From Podarcis erhardii (lineage: Eukaryota), in assembly GCA_964252035.1 (NCBI GenBank), contig OZ176208.1: a stretch of DNA of 64,000 bases; one strand, 5' to 3'. The notes under the pieces are model-generated. The model searched no databases. It worked only from the letters and a program-made list of their open reading frames with translations, and had not been told where the DNA came from. The position numbers and the translations under genes were made by a program. Within the stretch, counting starts at the first letter, position 1, and each line of letters begins with the position of its first letter. Of the stretch, positions 24,075 through 35,439 are shown piece after piece.

Positions 24075-24168
24075 GAGTATCTTTAAACAACAGGAATTGC
24101 CAGGGAATGTGTTAAAAGACAGAACATGTCAGTCAAATCAGCATCTGAGGTTCTTAGCTGGCAGATAG
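24075..24168 (+). pseudogene. ZNF827: Decayed paralogous copy (pseudo-exon) of the 3' half of the ZNF827 repeat exon 5, inside intron 5
   Basis: Hand alignment to 16915-17005 gives 60/78 nt over 26 codons, with +1 and +2 insertions. Repaired translation EYLKQQELPGNVLKQNMSVKSASEVL versus ENLKPQEVPANALQQDMSVKAASELL. The donor position reads G|TT instead of G|GT. Confidence 0.8.
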
Positions 24169-26870
24169 TTGATTCATTTACCACATCACAAACTTATGCA
24201 TCCATCATTGCAAAGACCAAAGCCCTCTTGGGTGTTCACTCCTGGCAAGTCCTGTCCCCTCTGGCACTTCACCTTGCCCATCTTTACAGCCAAGGGCTTT
24301 CTTTGGAAGCAAGGAGGCTCTTCTAGTTATGGGGGACCACAGCAAGATTCAAATCAGGGTTCTTAATTGCTTGGGGAGCCTTAGTGAGGAGGTTCCCTGC
24401 TTCAGATGAATACCTTTCAGCTCAGAAGGGGCTGTGCTAGCAAATGTGTTGCATCCTACACTCAAAAAAGGCTGTGATCCCAAGAGTATCTGGCACTGTG
24501 AAACAGTGTAAAAGAAGGCATACCCACTCACATTGCATATACTGGAAAGACGCAGTTTGGCACATCACCTCCTGGTTTGATCATTGATCACTGGCAGAGT
24601 GAGACGGCTGCCCCAGGCAGCAAGTACCAAGGGTATCAAGCAGGCAGAACTATGTGTATCACATGACCTGCCTGCAACACTCTAAGCTAGTCTAGTGCCC
24701 TCAGGTGCAGTGGAGATTGGTGTCCCATTGTCAATATTGAAGTAAGAGTCAGTCTAAGGCTGTGTATACACCATACCTTTAAATAATTCTGGAAACTGAA
24801 CTACAGTTCTCAGCAGTGCTTTATCCCTAGAAAAATAGGTGCTGGTACTCACCATGAAGTTGTTACAGTAAATGCCATACTTTTTGACAACAAAAAAAGA
24901 TATGTCAGTACTGCGTACCTTTGAGTACCCCCGGGGGGGCGGGAAGCACTCATCGTCATCTTTTTATTTATGTGCCGCCTTTCCACAGTTAAAACAATGC
25001 TCAAGGCGGCTTACAATATGAAAAGGTTTAACATAATTACAAATCTAGCAAAGTAGTCATAAAATTATAAAAAACACATTAAAAACTACGTAACCAAACT
25101 GAACAATTTCCACATAAAAATAAAGATACAGAAAGGTAATATCCGTTAATATCAGTAACGACAGCAAAAACTCCCAACAAAACTTCTCCCCAAATACCCC
25201 AGTCCTTGCTGGGCAGCACTGGTTCTCAGCCCCCTTAAGAAACTACAATACCCATGATTCTTTAGGGGGGTGTGCTTTAAATGTATGATGAATACACAGC
25301 CTAATTGGCTTCTATATGTGAAATGGAGGAAGGGTTGCCATCATGTTATTTGCCTCAGGCAGCAAAATGCCTTGGGCCGGCCCTGTCTCAGTGAAAATAT
25401 GGTGCAGTGGGTAGGAAACTGCAGATTCCATTATGCTATTCCTTTTTTCCGTACATCATTGCTGTGTTACATTAATTTACATCTAATCTGTATGCTCTCA
25501 GATTCCCCCCCCCCGAGGGGAGCCATGACGCTAACAATGTGTACCTTCCATTGTAAGGCACTTGAAATCTAATAATAAATTATGGTGAATTCAGTTTATT
25601 ATGTAAATTCCATAGTGTGCTGACTAGAAGCAGTTTGAATCATTTTATGGTGGATATTTTCATAGGGAGTTGCTTATGACTGGATGAGATCATCCTTTGG
25701 AGAGAGATCACATGGATTCTAAAAATTAAAAAATAATGTTGGCTTTTCTACTCAGAGTGCAATTGCTAAAAACTAGCTCCCAATATTTTTGGCATACTAA
25801 ATGACTGTGCTGAAATGTATTGCAAGGCAGTAGAAGAAATGTGCTGATTTGATAAATGAAGAATATTGCTTTGAGTGTTCCAAGAATATTACATTAGGCA
25901 ACTCAGCTGATCTCAAATAAACGTTGTAGATGATGCACTGTTGTTACCATTTAATCCGTATACAGTAGTCAGTACTCAACTAACCCTATTTGGGCATGAG
26001 CTCCTCAAGTTAAGCAGATGCTGAACTTAATCTGAGTGGGTCCTAAAATACATGACTTTGGCTGGATTGTGTCCATTGTTTTCATGTTTAGGTTTCCTTA
26101 AAAAGGGGAGGAAACCTGAAGAGGAGCACAGAATATTGTGTAGTGCTCCTGAGGAAGATTCTGTTCTGAACACATTGGGCCAATAAGCAGTACCTTGTGC
26201 ATCTAGATGCTTCCTCCCTTTTCCTTTCTAGATTGGGGCCTCTTTCCCTTTTCCTGTTAGCCCTTCCAACAGAACATTTCCACTGAACCACTTTCCCCTT
26301 CAATGCATTTGATGTACCTTTGGCAATTTTAATAATAAATTGGGGAGGCAATATGCATAGTAAATGTTTGCTTACTGATGTAATCTGCTTAACACGGTGC
26401 CTTGTTTTTGGAGGATTTTAAAACCAGAATGGACCATTTGCTTTAAGTAATAAATGAGGTGGGATGCCTCTTCCTACACTTGACTATTTATCTCTTTAAA
26501 AAAAACAAATTCTCTTGAGATTCTTGTTCCATTATGGCCCAAATGAGTTTACAGTGTGGTCTTCATGACTAAACACTGTTTGCTACAGCATAAGCCTCTA
26601 TGCATGTAGGCTGTCCTCTTTACCTGGAACTCTAAGCATGCTGGATTCCAGCTTACAGGGACCACCATTTCTGCATGTTTGGCAGCCTGTGCATCCCTTC
26701 AGAGACCACCTATGTGCCCTTTCAAACCTTCCCTCTACACATAGACAGCATCAGGAAGGGGCCAAGAAAACCACAGAACATCAGGTTTAGTGCTAAGGGT
26801 GCAACACTTTTTCAACAAGATTTGCCCCTTCACATGAGTAACACAAAAAGGGAGTGTCAGGTGTGTTTGG

Positions 26871-27476
26871 ATCATAGAATCATAGAATCATAGAATCATA
26901 GAGTTGGAAGAGACCACAAGGGCCATCGAGTCCAACCCCCTGCCAAGCAGGAAACACCATCAGACCACTCCTGACATATGGTTGTCAAGCCTCTGCGTAA
27001 AGACCTCCAAAGAAGGAGACTCCACCACACTCCTTGGCAGCAAATTCCACTGTCGAACAGCTCTTACTGTCAGGAAGTTCTTCCTAATGTTTAGGTGGAA
27101 TCTTTTTTCTTGTAGTTTGGAACCATTGGTCCGTGTCCGCTTCTCTGGAGCAGCAGAAAACAACCTTTCTCCCTCCTCTATGTGACATCCTTTTATATAT
27201 TTGAACATGGCTATCATATCACCCCTTAACCTCCTCTTCTCCAGGCTAAACATGCCCAGCTCCCTTAGCCGTTCCTCATAAGGCATCGTTTCCAGGCCTT
27301 TGACCATTTTGGTTGCCCTCCTCTGGACATGTTCCAGTTTGTCAGTGTCCTTCTTGAACTGTGGCGCCCAGAACTGGACACAGTACTCCAGGTGAGGTCT
27401 GACCAGAGCAGAATACAGTGGCACTATTACTTCCCTTGATCTAGATGCTATACTCCTATTGATGCAGCCCAGAATT
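26871..27476 (-). mobile_element. Young 5'-truncated CR1 LINE
   Basis: Uninterrupted 154-aa RT C-terminus ([25 protein letters not shown]...), (ATAGAATC)n tail at 26871-26901, and TTGGAT on both flanks as a likely TSD. Confidence 0.93.
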
Positions 27477-27576
27477 GGATGAAAGGAACTTGTTAAAATA
27501 CAAAGCTCTTTATTATTGTTTTATTGTCCCACCTTGTAAGGAAATCAGGCTGGGCACATATGGAGACCTGAGGCAG

Positions 27577-27760
27577 TTAGTGACCACAAATGCCAGCTGT
27601 TTATTAATAATACAGTCAAAAGGGGCCTGTGAGTTACACTGAAGACATTTGTCAAAAATGTGTTTGCTAACTTGCCTCAACTGACTGGTAGGCAGTAGCT
27701 GGTACTGCTTGCGCCACTGTGCTTCTTAGGGAGGATGTGAGCTGCGTCTGGAACTATTTG
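27577..27760 (+). pseudogene. Possible second decayed repeat-exon copy
   Basis: GCAG| then VSDHKCQLFINNTVK[E]GP, spaced like AANQKEPLPPIFKVKDEP. Same frame later gives LLREDV..AASELF versus LQQDMSVKAASELL. Needs three small indels and contains two stops. Confidence 0.4.
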
Positions 27761-28129
27761 GCTTTTTAAATAACATGACTCCACTGGGGGAAAGTATATT
27801 AGTTCAGGGCACCTACAAATTTAGCATGTACTTATCCGTATAGTATGCTTTGAGACTGCAATCCATGACTGTAACTGGATTAATTTCACTGTACGGCAGA
27901 TGTCCTGACCCCTACCAGATAAATCTATGTCTTCAGGGCAGCTTGACTTCCTCGTGTAGGGTTGATTCATCACATCACTTTTATTTCTTCTTAGTTCAGT
28001 AGTGTATTTCATGGTGCTCCTGAAATATACTAAATATTACTTCATAAATGCAATCAAGTTAATTAATAGAGTTTGAGTATCTTGAAAATTACTTTGAAAC
28101 TTGTTTTTCCAGTTTCCTGCCAAACTGAT

Positions 28130-28620
28130 ATATTTTGCAGCTTTCATCTCAGTTCACTTCATGCTGCTTCAGGCTACCAGAATAAGTCCCAAAGTGTTTT
28201 ACAGGGAGAATAGTATACAAAACATAATATACAATAAAATATACATTAAAACAAAAATACATAGTAAAAGCCTTCATCCACATAACAGCCATCCAACAAC
28301 ATAAAATGACCACTACACTGACATAAGAATGAACACAACAAAGAAATGACCCAAAGCAAGACCATTGGCACTGCCCAGATGCCCAGGAGAAACAAGAGCA
28401 TCTTCTCCTGGCTTTGTCAGAAGGATGACAAAGTCAGTGCCAGGCAGGCTTCCCTGGGGAGAACACAGCTGTTGGTTCTTGCTCCTTAGGATTCTCAAAG
28501 CGAGTCCCAGTGAGAAGATGGGACAAGCAGCCAACCAGAGTGAACAGGCCACATACATGCATGTTTCAGGGACTCCAGAAAAACGAAACATTTATCAAAA
28601 TACAATACTGCAGACTGGTC
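28130..28620 (-). mobile_element. Degraded L2 3' fragment
   Basis: A-rich reverse tail followed by ..aaggatgacaaagtcagtgccaggcaggcttccctggggaga.., typical of reversed L2 3' coding sequence. Confidence 0.5.
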
Positions 28621-29546
28621 TGTGACACTAACCGAATAAGAGAGTCATAGAGGGCATACATGTATGGCTCATAAAGCTGTCCACATCATATTGAAGAGAA
28701 TCAGGGTTGGAGGAGCCATTGACAAAGTGCTGTCTGATGGACCACCACCTTTCCCCCACCCCAGCACAGGGTTGTCTGGTATCTTCCTCCTTGATGAGTT
28801 CTCCAAAGGGAAAGGAGGAGGAAGCTGACAGGATGTGTTACCTATTATTTGAAGTAAATTTTACTCTGACTTACTAATTGCCACCCATTCACCCGTCCTT
28901 TATATCTTTGTACAGGTGTTGTTGCTTTTTAAAAAAAGAAAATACAATGTGCTTAGAAATTCTGAACATTAAACAGTATATAAATACCTGAAATAAATAA
29001 AATAAGTATCCAAGCAGGAAGATATTCGCAGGCAGGAATTAACTGTTGAATGACACACACATTCATTGTTACACGGAGGCGGCGTTCTAATCTACCACCT
29101 GACCACCTTTGCATTTGTGCCAGATGCAACCTGTCTAGCATCTACAGAAGGCTTTTCCGTTTGCCATAAATTTTAACAACTCGGGGGCAATGGAAACATG
29201 ATTAAGCAAAGAGTTGTCCAGAAGAACAATCAAATTTCAGGCATGTTAAAGGAAAAACAAAATAGCATTTCAATTAACTGCTACTCTAATGCTGAAGAGG
29301 TGGCAAACTGGAAATTAACATTTGGCTGGCTCCAATTTGATAAAAATTATTCAGAGTAGGGTGAGTCATTAAAGTAATCAATCCAAACTCCTTCCTTATC
29401 AACTAAATAATTCATTTGCAGGTGAACTGACCTGCCACTCCTAGGAAGGAAATGGATATTTGCATAAATGGTAAACTCTGAGATTTGCTAGTGACAGTTT
29501 GTGGTTAGGGAGCAGAGAGCTTAACCGTGATTCCCTAGTCTGGAAG

Positions 29547-29601
29547 ACATGCTAAGCCAAACCTGTGTGGTTTTGCAAAGCTAAGGTTTGGCTTAGCATG
29601 T
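29547..29601. repeat. 17-bp perfect inverted repeat, short hairpin repeat family
   Basis: ACATGCTAAGCCAAACC (29547-29563) and GGTTTGGCTTAGCATGT (29585-29601). Confidence 0.8.
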
Positions 29602-29960
29602 TGTGCTGATGGTGATGTGGCTGAGATGAAGCTCGGAGAGAGTTCCAAGAAACGTAGAGGAAAGGTCAAAACTTTTCCAAAGTGCAATCGTCATCAAAGG
29701 ATAGATGCAACCTTTATGTTAATGCAGTTTTCACACTGAAGATGGATACAAAAGTTATGCCATTATACTGGCACTGTCATAAGCATGTGACACTCCTATA
29801 AAGAATGACCTGCTTTTGACCTTTCCTTGCTAAGCTCCAGGAACCACTGAAGATTTTGCATGGGGGTGGGGAGAGATCCTATTAAAAATAGAAACATAAC
29901 AATGCAGTAGAAGAATATAAAAATAAAATACAGGCTTCATTAGTTATCTTGTTATATCGC

Positions 29961-29976
29961 TGCTGACATCTGGTGA
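29961..29976 (-). promoter_or_regulatory. Candidate CTCF site
   Basis: Minus strand TCACCAGATGTCAGCA versus consensus-like CCACCAGATGGCAGCA (2 mismatches). Motif match only. Confidence 0.3.
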
Positions 29977-32900
29977 CAATTAAGCAGTGTTGTAGAGCAT
30001 ATCCTGTTTTCCCAGTTACTTACAGATATTTAATTAACCTGTTGGTGAGATACGTCTAATAAGGAGTGTGCCAATTTTGGAGGGTTTTCGGTTTATTACT
30101 GGTGAAGGCATGCTGCAGAAAGTTTATTTCAGGCAGTTCATTTAACAGCTTTTTCCATAACAGTCACAGAAACCCAAAATAACATGAGTACCAATATGAG
30201 CCAAAAGAGCAAAAAACCAGCATTGAACTTGGACCAGGGAAACCTTCATTCAAAGATTTGTTCAGCCATAAAACTTACTGGGTAATATTGTGTGAACTGC
30301 TGTGACAATAAAACGTGGAGAGGGACCTGTGTTTGTCTTCCCCGCGTTGGATGAAGGGTGGAATACATTTGCAAAAGTTAAAAGTAGTAGTACTGATTGT
30401 GTAGATCAGCTAATGTAACTAATTTGGTTTAGAACCCGTGAATCAACTATCTAAGTGCAGAGAATACCAACCATTTATTTATTTTGGATATTTGTATATC
30501 ACTTTTAAATAGTAAGTTCTTAAGTGGTTTACATAGTAAATTCTTATTACATAGTTACAGATAAAAACAAGAACTACTAAAAACACAGAAAAAATAATAA
30601 TAAGCAATTAAACTTGATAGAATATATATATATATATTCTGTGGGGATTGTGTCATGTTAACTATGCATGCCTATGAAATACACAAAGCACACAACTACT
30701 TAAACAGTAACAATGATGGGGAAATTGGTTTTTAGGGTCACTGCTCGCTACTTAAAAGACTTGGAGCACAGACCTGTGGTACAAATTTACATGGGATATG
30801 CATATGCTAATTTATTTGAAAAAATGCAGATTTAGATCAACTTTCAGAGTGGGGCTGAAAACAGATTCTGACTCCTGCTGTTAGGACTTCATTGGCTCCT
30901 GGTCTTCTTAAGATAGTGAGGGTTGGCTTTGACCAATACTGCATTCTGCAGAATGCCCAGATAAACTGTCAGCAGAGTCAAAATAAAGATATAACCAAGT
31001 GTTTTAAAAAGAGGCGAAGGGATAAGAGATCTTGGAACTAGCAGAAAGTATGTATGCCCCCCCCACCTGGTCAGGCAATCTCTTACCAACATCCTTACTA
31101 GCTTTTCCTCTGGGATGGTTAGAGGTCTCTAAACCATCTAAAAGAGATTAGGATTAGCCAGTGTTGATAGGCATGAAAGGAGCTGGTTTACAGGTATGGA
31201 GATGAGTTGTGTTGAGATTAGTATCCAGTTCTTTAAATAATTACAAGTCACCCATCCCAACAAGGATACTGTGATATCTTTGTTAATTTGCTGATAAATG
31301 TGCGTTTTAGTTTTTGCCTTCTGTTTAGAATGAATCAGAAGGGGAAACAAGCATTTTCAACCCAGCCCTGTAAAACTGTAGCTAGTTCTCTATTTGGCAA
31401 ATGGACTCCCCCCCCCCCCAAGCCTGAGTGTTTTTCCTCATTAAATATCCTGAAAGGCTGTTGTTAGTGGGAAATGTTCATATTCATATAGAGGTAGCAT
31501 ATTAATCACAATGCAATGTACTTTAAAGTTTATTAGATTCTGGTGGATAATCTGCCTTCAAATAGCTTTGAGATTACATCAAATATTTCAAATGACCTTC
31601 TACCTCTTTTATGCATGTGTATCTAATGAAAAAACATGTTAATTTGAAAGATGAGATCATTTGAAATAATGTTAAAGGGCAACAGTTTAAAATGTACTCA
31701 GCAAACTTCCAATGAGAACTTTAAACTAAAAGCAGTGACCCAGTACACAGTGCTTTGTGTTACAGCTCTTTACTTATTCAGCCTGTAAAGGCCTTCAGAG
31801 CTCTGGAAATGTCTAGACCTGAGTCTTCCGGGTGTGAAACAGACTGTTTTACATCACACCACACACTTCCTGGAAAGAGGTATTTTTAGTTTGGGCGGTT
31901 AATATTACCATGGTGTGCCGCCTTATGCCAGACTTGTTTGGGGCCATATGCAAAATAGTGGAGACTGGATTCAGAACCTCTTAGGCTCCTCTTTTCACCC
32001 ACCGTACTGAGCTCTGTGCGTTGTTGAAGTCCAAAGGGTACTCTTTCACATGGTGCTCTATAAAAGGACACTACCCTTTCCCCCTTGCTCCCTTGGATGA
32101 TTCAAACTACTTCCCAGAAACCTGAGTGACCTCTTCCCCCCACCCCTGCTGAGGCCCTTCTGCACCACCCCTGAAGCCCATTGTCTGTGGGGAGGCAGTA
32201 GGTGGCCTTTTTCATTATGGCATTTCTCTGGCAACTCACTCCATGGAGAAGCTCACCTGATGCAGTTTCTGTTATTTTTTGGCATCAATGGAAGACTTTT
32301 TTTAAAAAAGGATAGCCTGTTTTTAAACGCTTATCTGCTGAGATATTATTCTGTTGTATTGTATAAGTGTTTGTTGATATGGTATAATGGTTTATATATA
32401 ATGTCGATATAATGTAATGGTAAATTTAGAAAGGCAGGGTCACTTCATGATAGTCAGAACCATGCCCCCTCATAGCCATGCCCTATTTAATATTTTACAG
32501 CCTTCTAAGATTATACAATAGTAAGTACACAACAACAATAATTAGGGATGTATTGAACAATCACTGCAGATTGCCATGTTTTATTTAAGTTGTTAAATGT
32601 TTGCATCTAGGTAGATTGAACAATTAGCATTTTAAATGCCCACTTCATTCTTCTGAGGGCTTTTGATGAGTCAATGCAGCATGTGCAGTTACTTAGTTCC
32701 ATCTAGTTGATAGTCAAAAAGCAAAGTGGCAGTTTCAGTTTATTAAACAGCAAAGAAAAATCCCTCCACCTCCAAAAGTTGGGACCCCAATGGGTTTAAT
32801 TTTTTTTTGTTATAACTGAGAGATAGGATGGTATGAAACCTAAATGTCAACTGCTGGAAAAAAAATCAAAACAATTTGAACCTAATTTTGTTTCAGTTTG

Positions 32901-35303
32901 TTTTTACTTCAGTATTAGAAACTAGTGTAATGTTTATAAGATTAATAATAGAAGTTCAAAAGCATAGTGTAAATAAATATCCTTTACAAATAATTTGTAA
33001 ATATTGTTTATGCTGTGACATAGGCGTGATCTTGAACTTGCTGCACTGATTTAAAAAACACCAACTTAAGTTGGTACAGGTTAGGCTAGTGTGAAAATTT
33101 AATGAGGTGAAAATTGGGCAGTATGGGGCTATAAATGTAAAATGTACCATTATTACACTGAAAGACTAGCTAATTTGGGTTTGCATACACACAGTGTAAT
33201 GTCACGCTACAGTCTAATTTTATTTTAAAGCTCAAAGATCCTGAACACTTTCTTTTCTACCCTTTCAAAACAACAGCGTGGATGTTTCTCAGCTGATCCT
33301 TTTGTCTGCTTGCAGAGGAAATCCTTTCAGGAAGCCCAGGACAAGGCAGAAATGGAGCAAGCGGAAACCTGGGGGGAATGGGAAGGAAATAATAAGGTTT
33401 TATTTTTGCATGCAAGGACGTCAGAAGCAGAGCAGTGATTCAGGAGTCAAAACCAAGAGGATCTGGAGTGGGGGAAACTGCTATAATGTGAGCTCATTAT
33501 AAAGCATTGTTTATCACACATAAATACTGTAATACTATTTTACCTTCTTTTGCTTATATGATTTCAGGATAGCATAGCCTCAGCAATCCATGCTCTTATA
33601 TTCTCCAGGTTATATGATTGTAATGTGCTCTACGCCACCAGTCCTTAGCTGATGGATCAGGGCCCACTAGGTGGTCATGGCCTGATCTAAGGTGGGTCAC
33701 AGCAGGAGCCGTGCCACCATGCAAATATATGATCAGAGATTAAGAAATGGGTCCCCAAAGGCTTGTTTGGGTTAAGAATGGGCCCTAGGTCTGAAAAGGT
33801 TGAAGAATAGTGCTCTACACTATTTTGAAATTGCATCTAGTTCAGAATACAGAAGGTAGACTACTAGATGTTACTAGTTGTTATGATCATTATACCAGTG
33901 CTACACCAGGAGTTGTGCTGATTTCATTCTTGGGCCCAAGCCAAAGTGCTAGTTTGGATCTTATTGGTTTAGGATCAAGTGGCCTTCTATGCCTACCCAT
34001 AACATTAAGATTTCTGTTGATGGTATTTGGCAGGTGCCCCTGGCATCTAGAAGGGGAGTGGGTGGCTTCTAGGGCCTTCTTAGTGATAGTGCCCAAATTA
34101 TGGAATGCTCTCTGCAGAGAGTTTGATTAAGTTCACAGAGCAAATGTTCCCCATCCCTTACTTCCTACTGCAGTCAGTTACACACTGTCTGAAAAGTCTC
34201 TCTATAGCGGGGAGGGGCTCCTGAGTAATGTGGAATGCAGTATAGTTGCTGGGATCAGGGAAGGTGGAGGCAGCCCGGAAGCTGCATTTTAGAGCCCCTG
34301 CACCACCATCATATGGGGACTTCCAGCAGCTCCTGAAGCCAGCCAGAGCCAAGTGCTCTGGGCTGCTGAGACTGCCGCTGCTGCGTTTCCCGGGGACATT
34401 CTGGGGATGGAATTTGTCCGGGGACTTATTGAAACGGGGACATCTGATAGCCCTAGTATAGGAGGACTGCTGGGGCAGAGATGCAGGAAACTTCCCTTCC
34501 ATGAACTTATTTACCTTGGAAGTCTTTCTTGATTTGGGGTAATTCTCCTCACATCTTCCTGTTTCCCATTGTTCTGGAAGACCCTCAGCTTAAGGCTTTT
34601 TGTGGGGTACAGTAGCTGCAGGGGACAGGAAGGGATAGGAATCTTTCCTTCTTTGAACTTTCCTAAGGATAACATCTTAGGATCCCAGACATCAGCTGTT
34701 CCTATGAATGGGGCTGTAAGAACAATGTACAGCTCATTATTATTGACCTTCTATCACAAAATTGGAACCTGACTGAAGACCACAGGGGTAAGCGTGGCCT
34801 AGGGCATGTATATGCGAGGCTGCCTATACATGGAATTGCTAGACTTTTGAAATCTATCCAGGCTATTGTAATTTACCAAATAAGTTAATATTTTCATAGT
34901 TGGATTTTGTAGGTAAAAATGGAACAACTGGGATGTCAGGCACTACAAAAATGGTTCCACTGGTGCTCACTAACTCTAGTTTGGTGTTCTGTGCCCATAA
35001 AGTCTTAAGACCTGGGCCTCCACTCTGAGATGGCAGCAGCTCAGCCTTCTTGAATGCTGTTGCCTCTGCCAAAGAAGGAAAATGACAACTGAGTCTGGGT
35101 CACTACAGTCAAGGCTCCCTCATTGCATGCCACCATTTGCCAAGTCATTCACTATTGCCTGCTTCACATCTCCCCACATGCTCCAAGGCACAGCCTGTCA
35201 AGAAAGCACCAGTATTCTTGCCAGATTAACTGTCTAATGCCTTCTTGATGGTGAAAAAGAATGGGCACTTAATTAGAATTTATTGTGAAATAGCGGACAC
35301 TTC

Positions 35304-35439
35304 NNNNNNNNNNNNNNNNNNNNNNNNNNNNNNNNNNNNNNNNNNNNNNNNNNNNNNNNNNNNNNNNNNNNNNNNNNNNNNNNNNNNNNNNNNNNNNNNN
35401 NNNNNNNNNNNNNNNNNNNNNNNNNNNNNNNNNNNNNNN
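35304..35439. other. Assembly gap (136 N)
   Basis: Run of N seen directly. The X-filled ORFs across it are artefacts. Confidence 1.

Noticed and set aside
26090-26220. Acceptor followed by LKKGRKPEEEH...SAPEED, vaguely like exon 5
   Set aside because: Only about half of the nucleotides match and multiple gaps are needed; not distinguishable from chance by eye.
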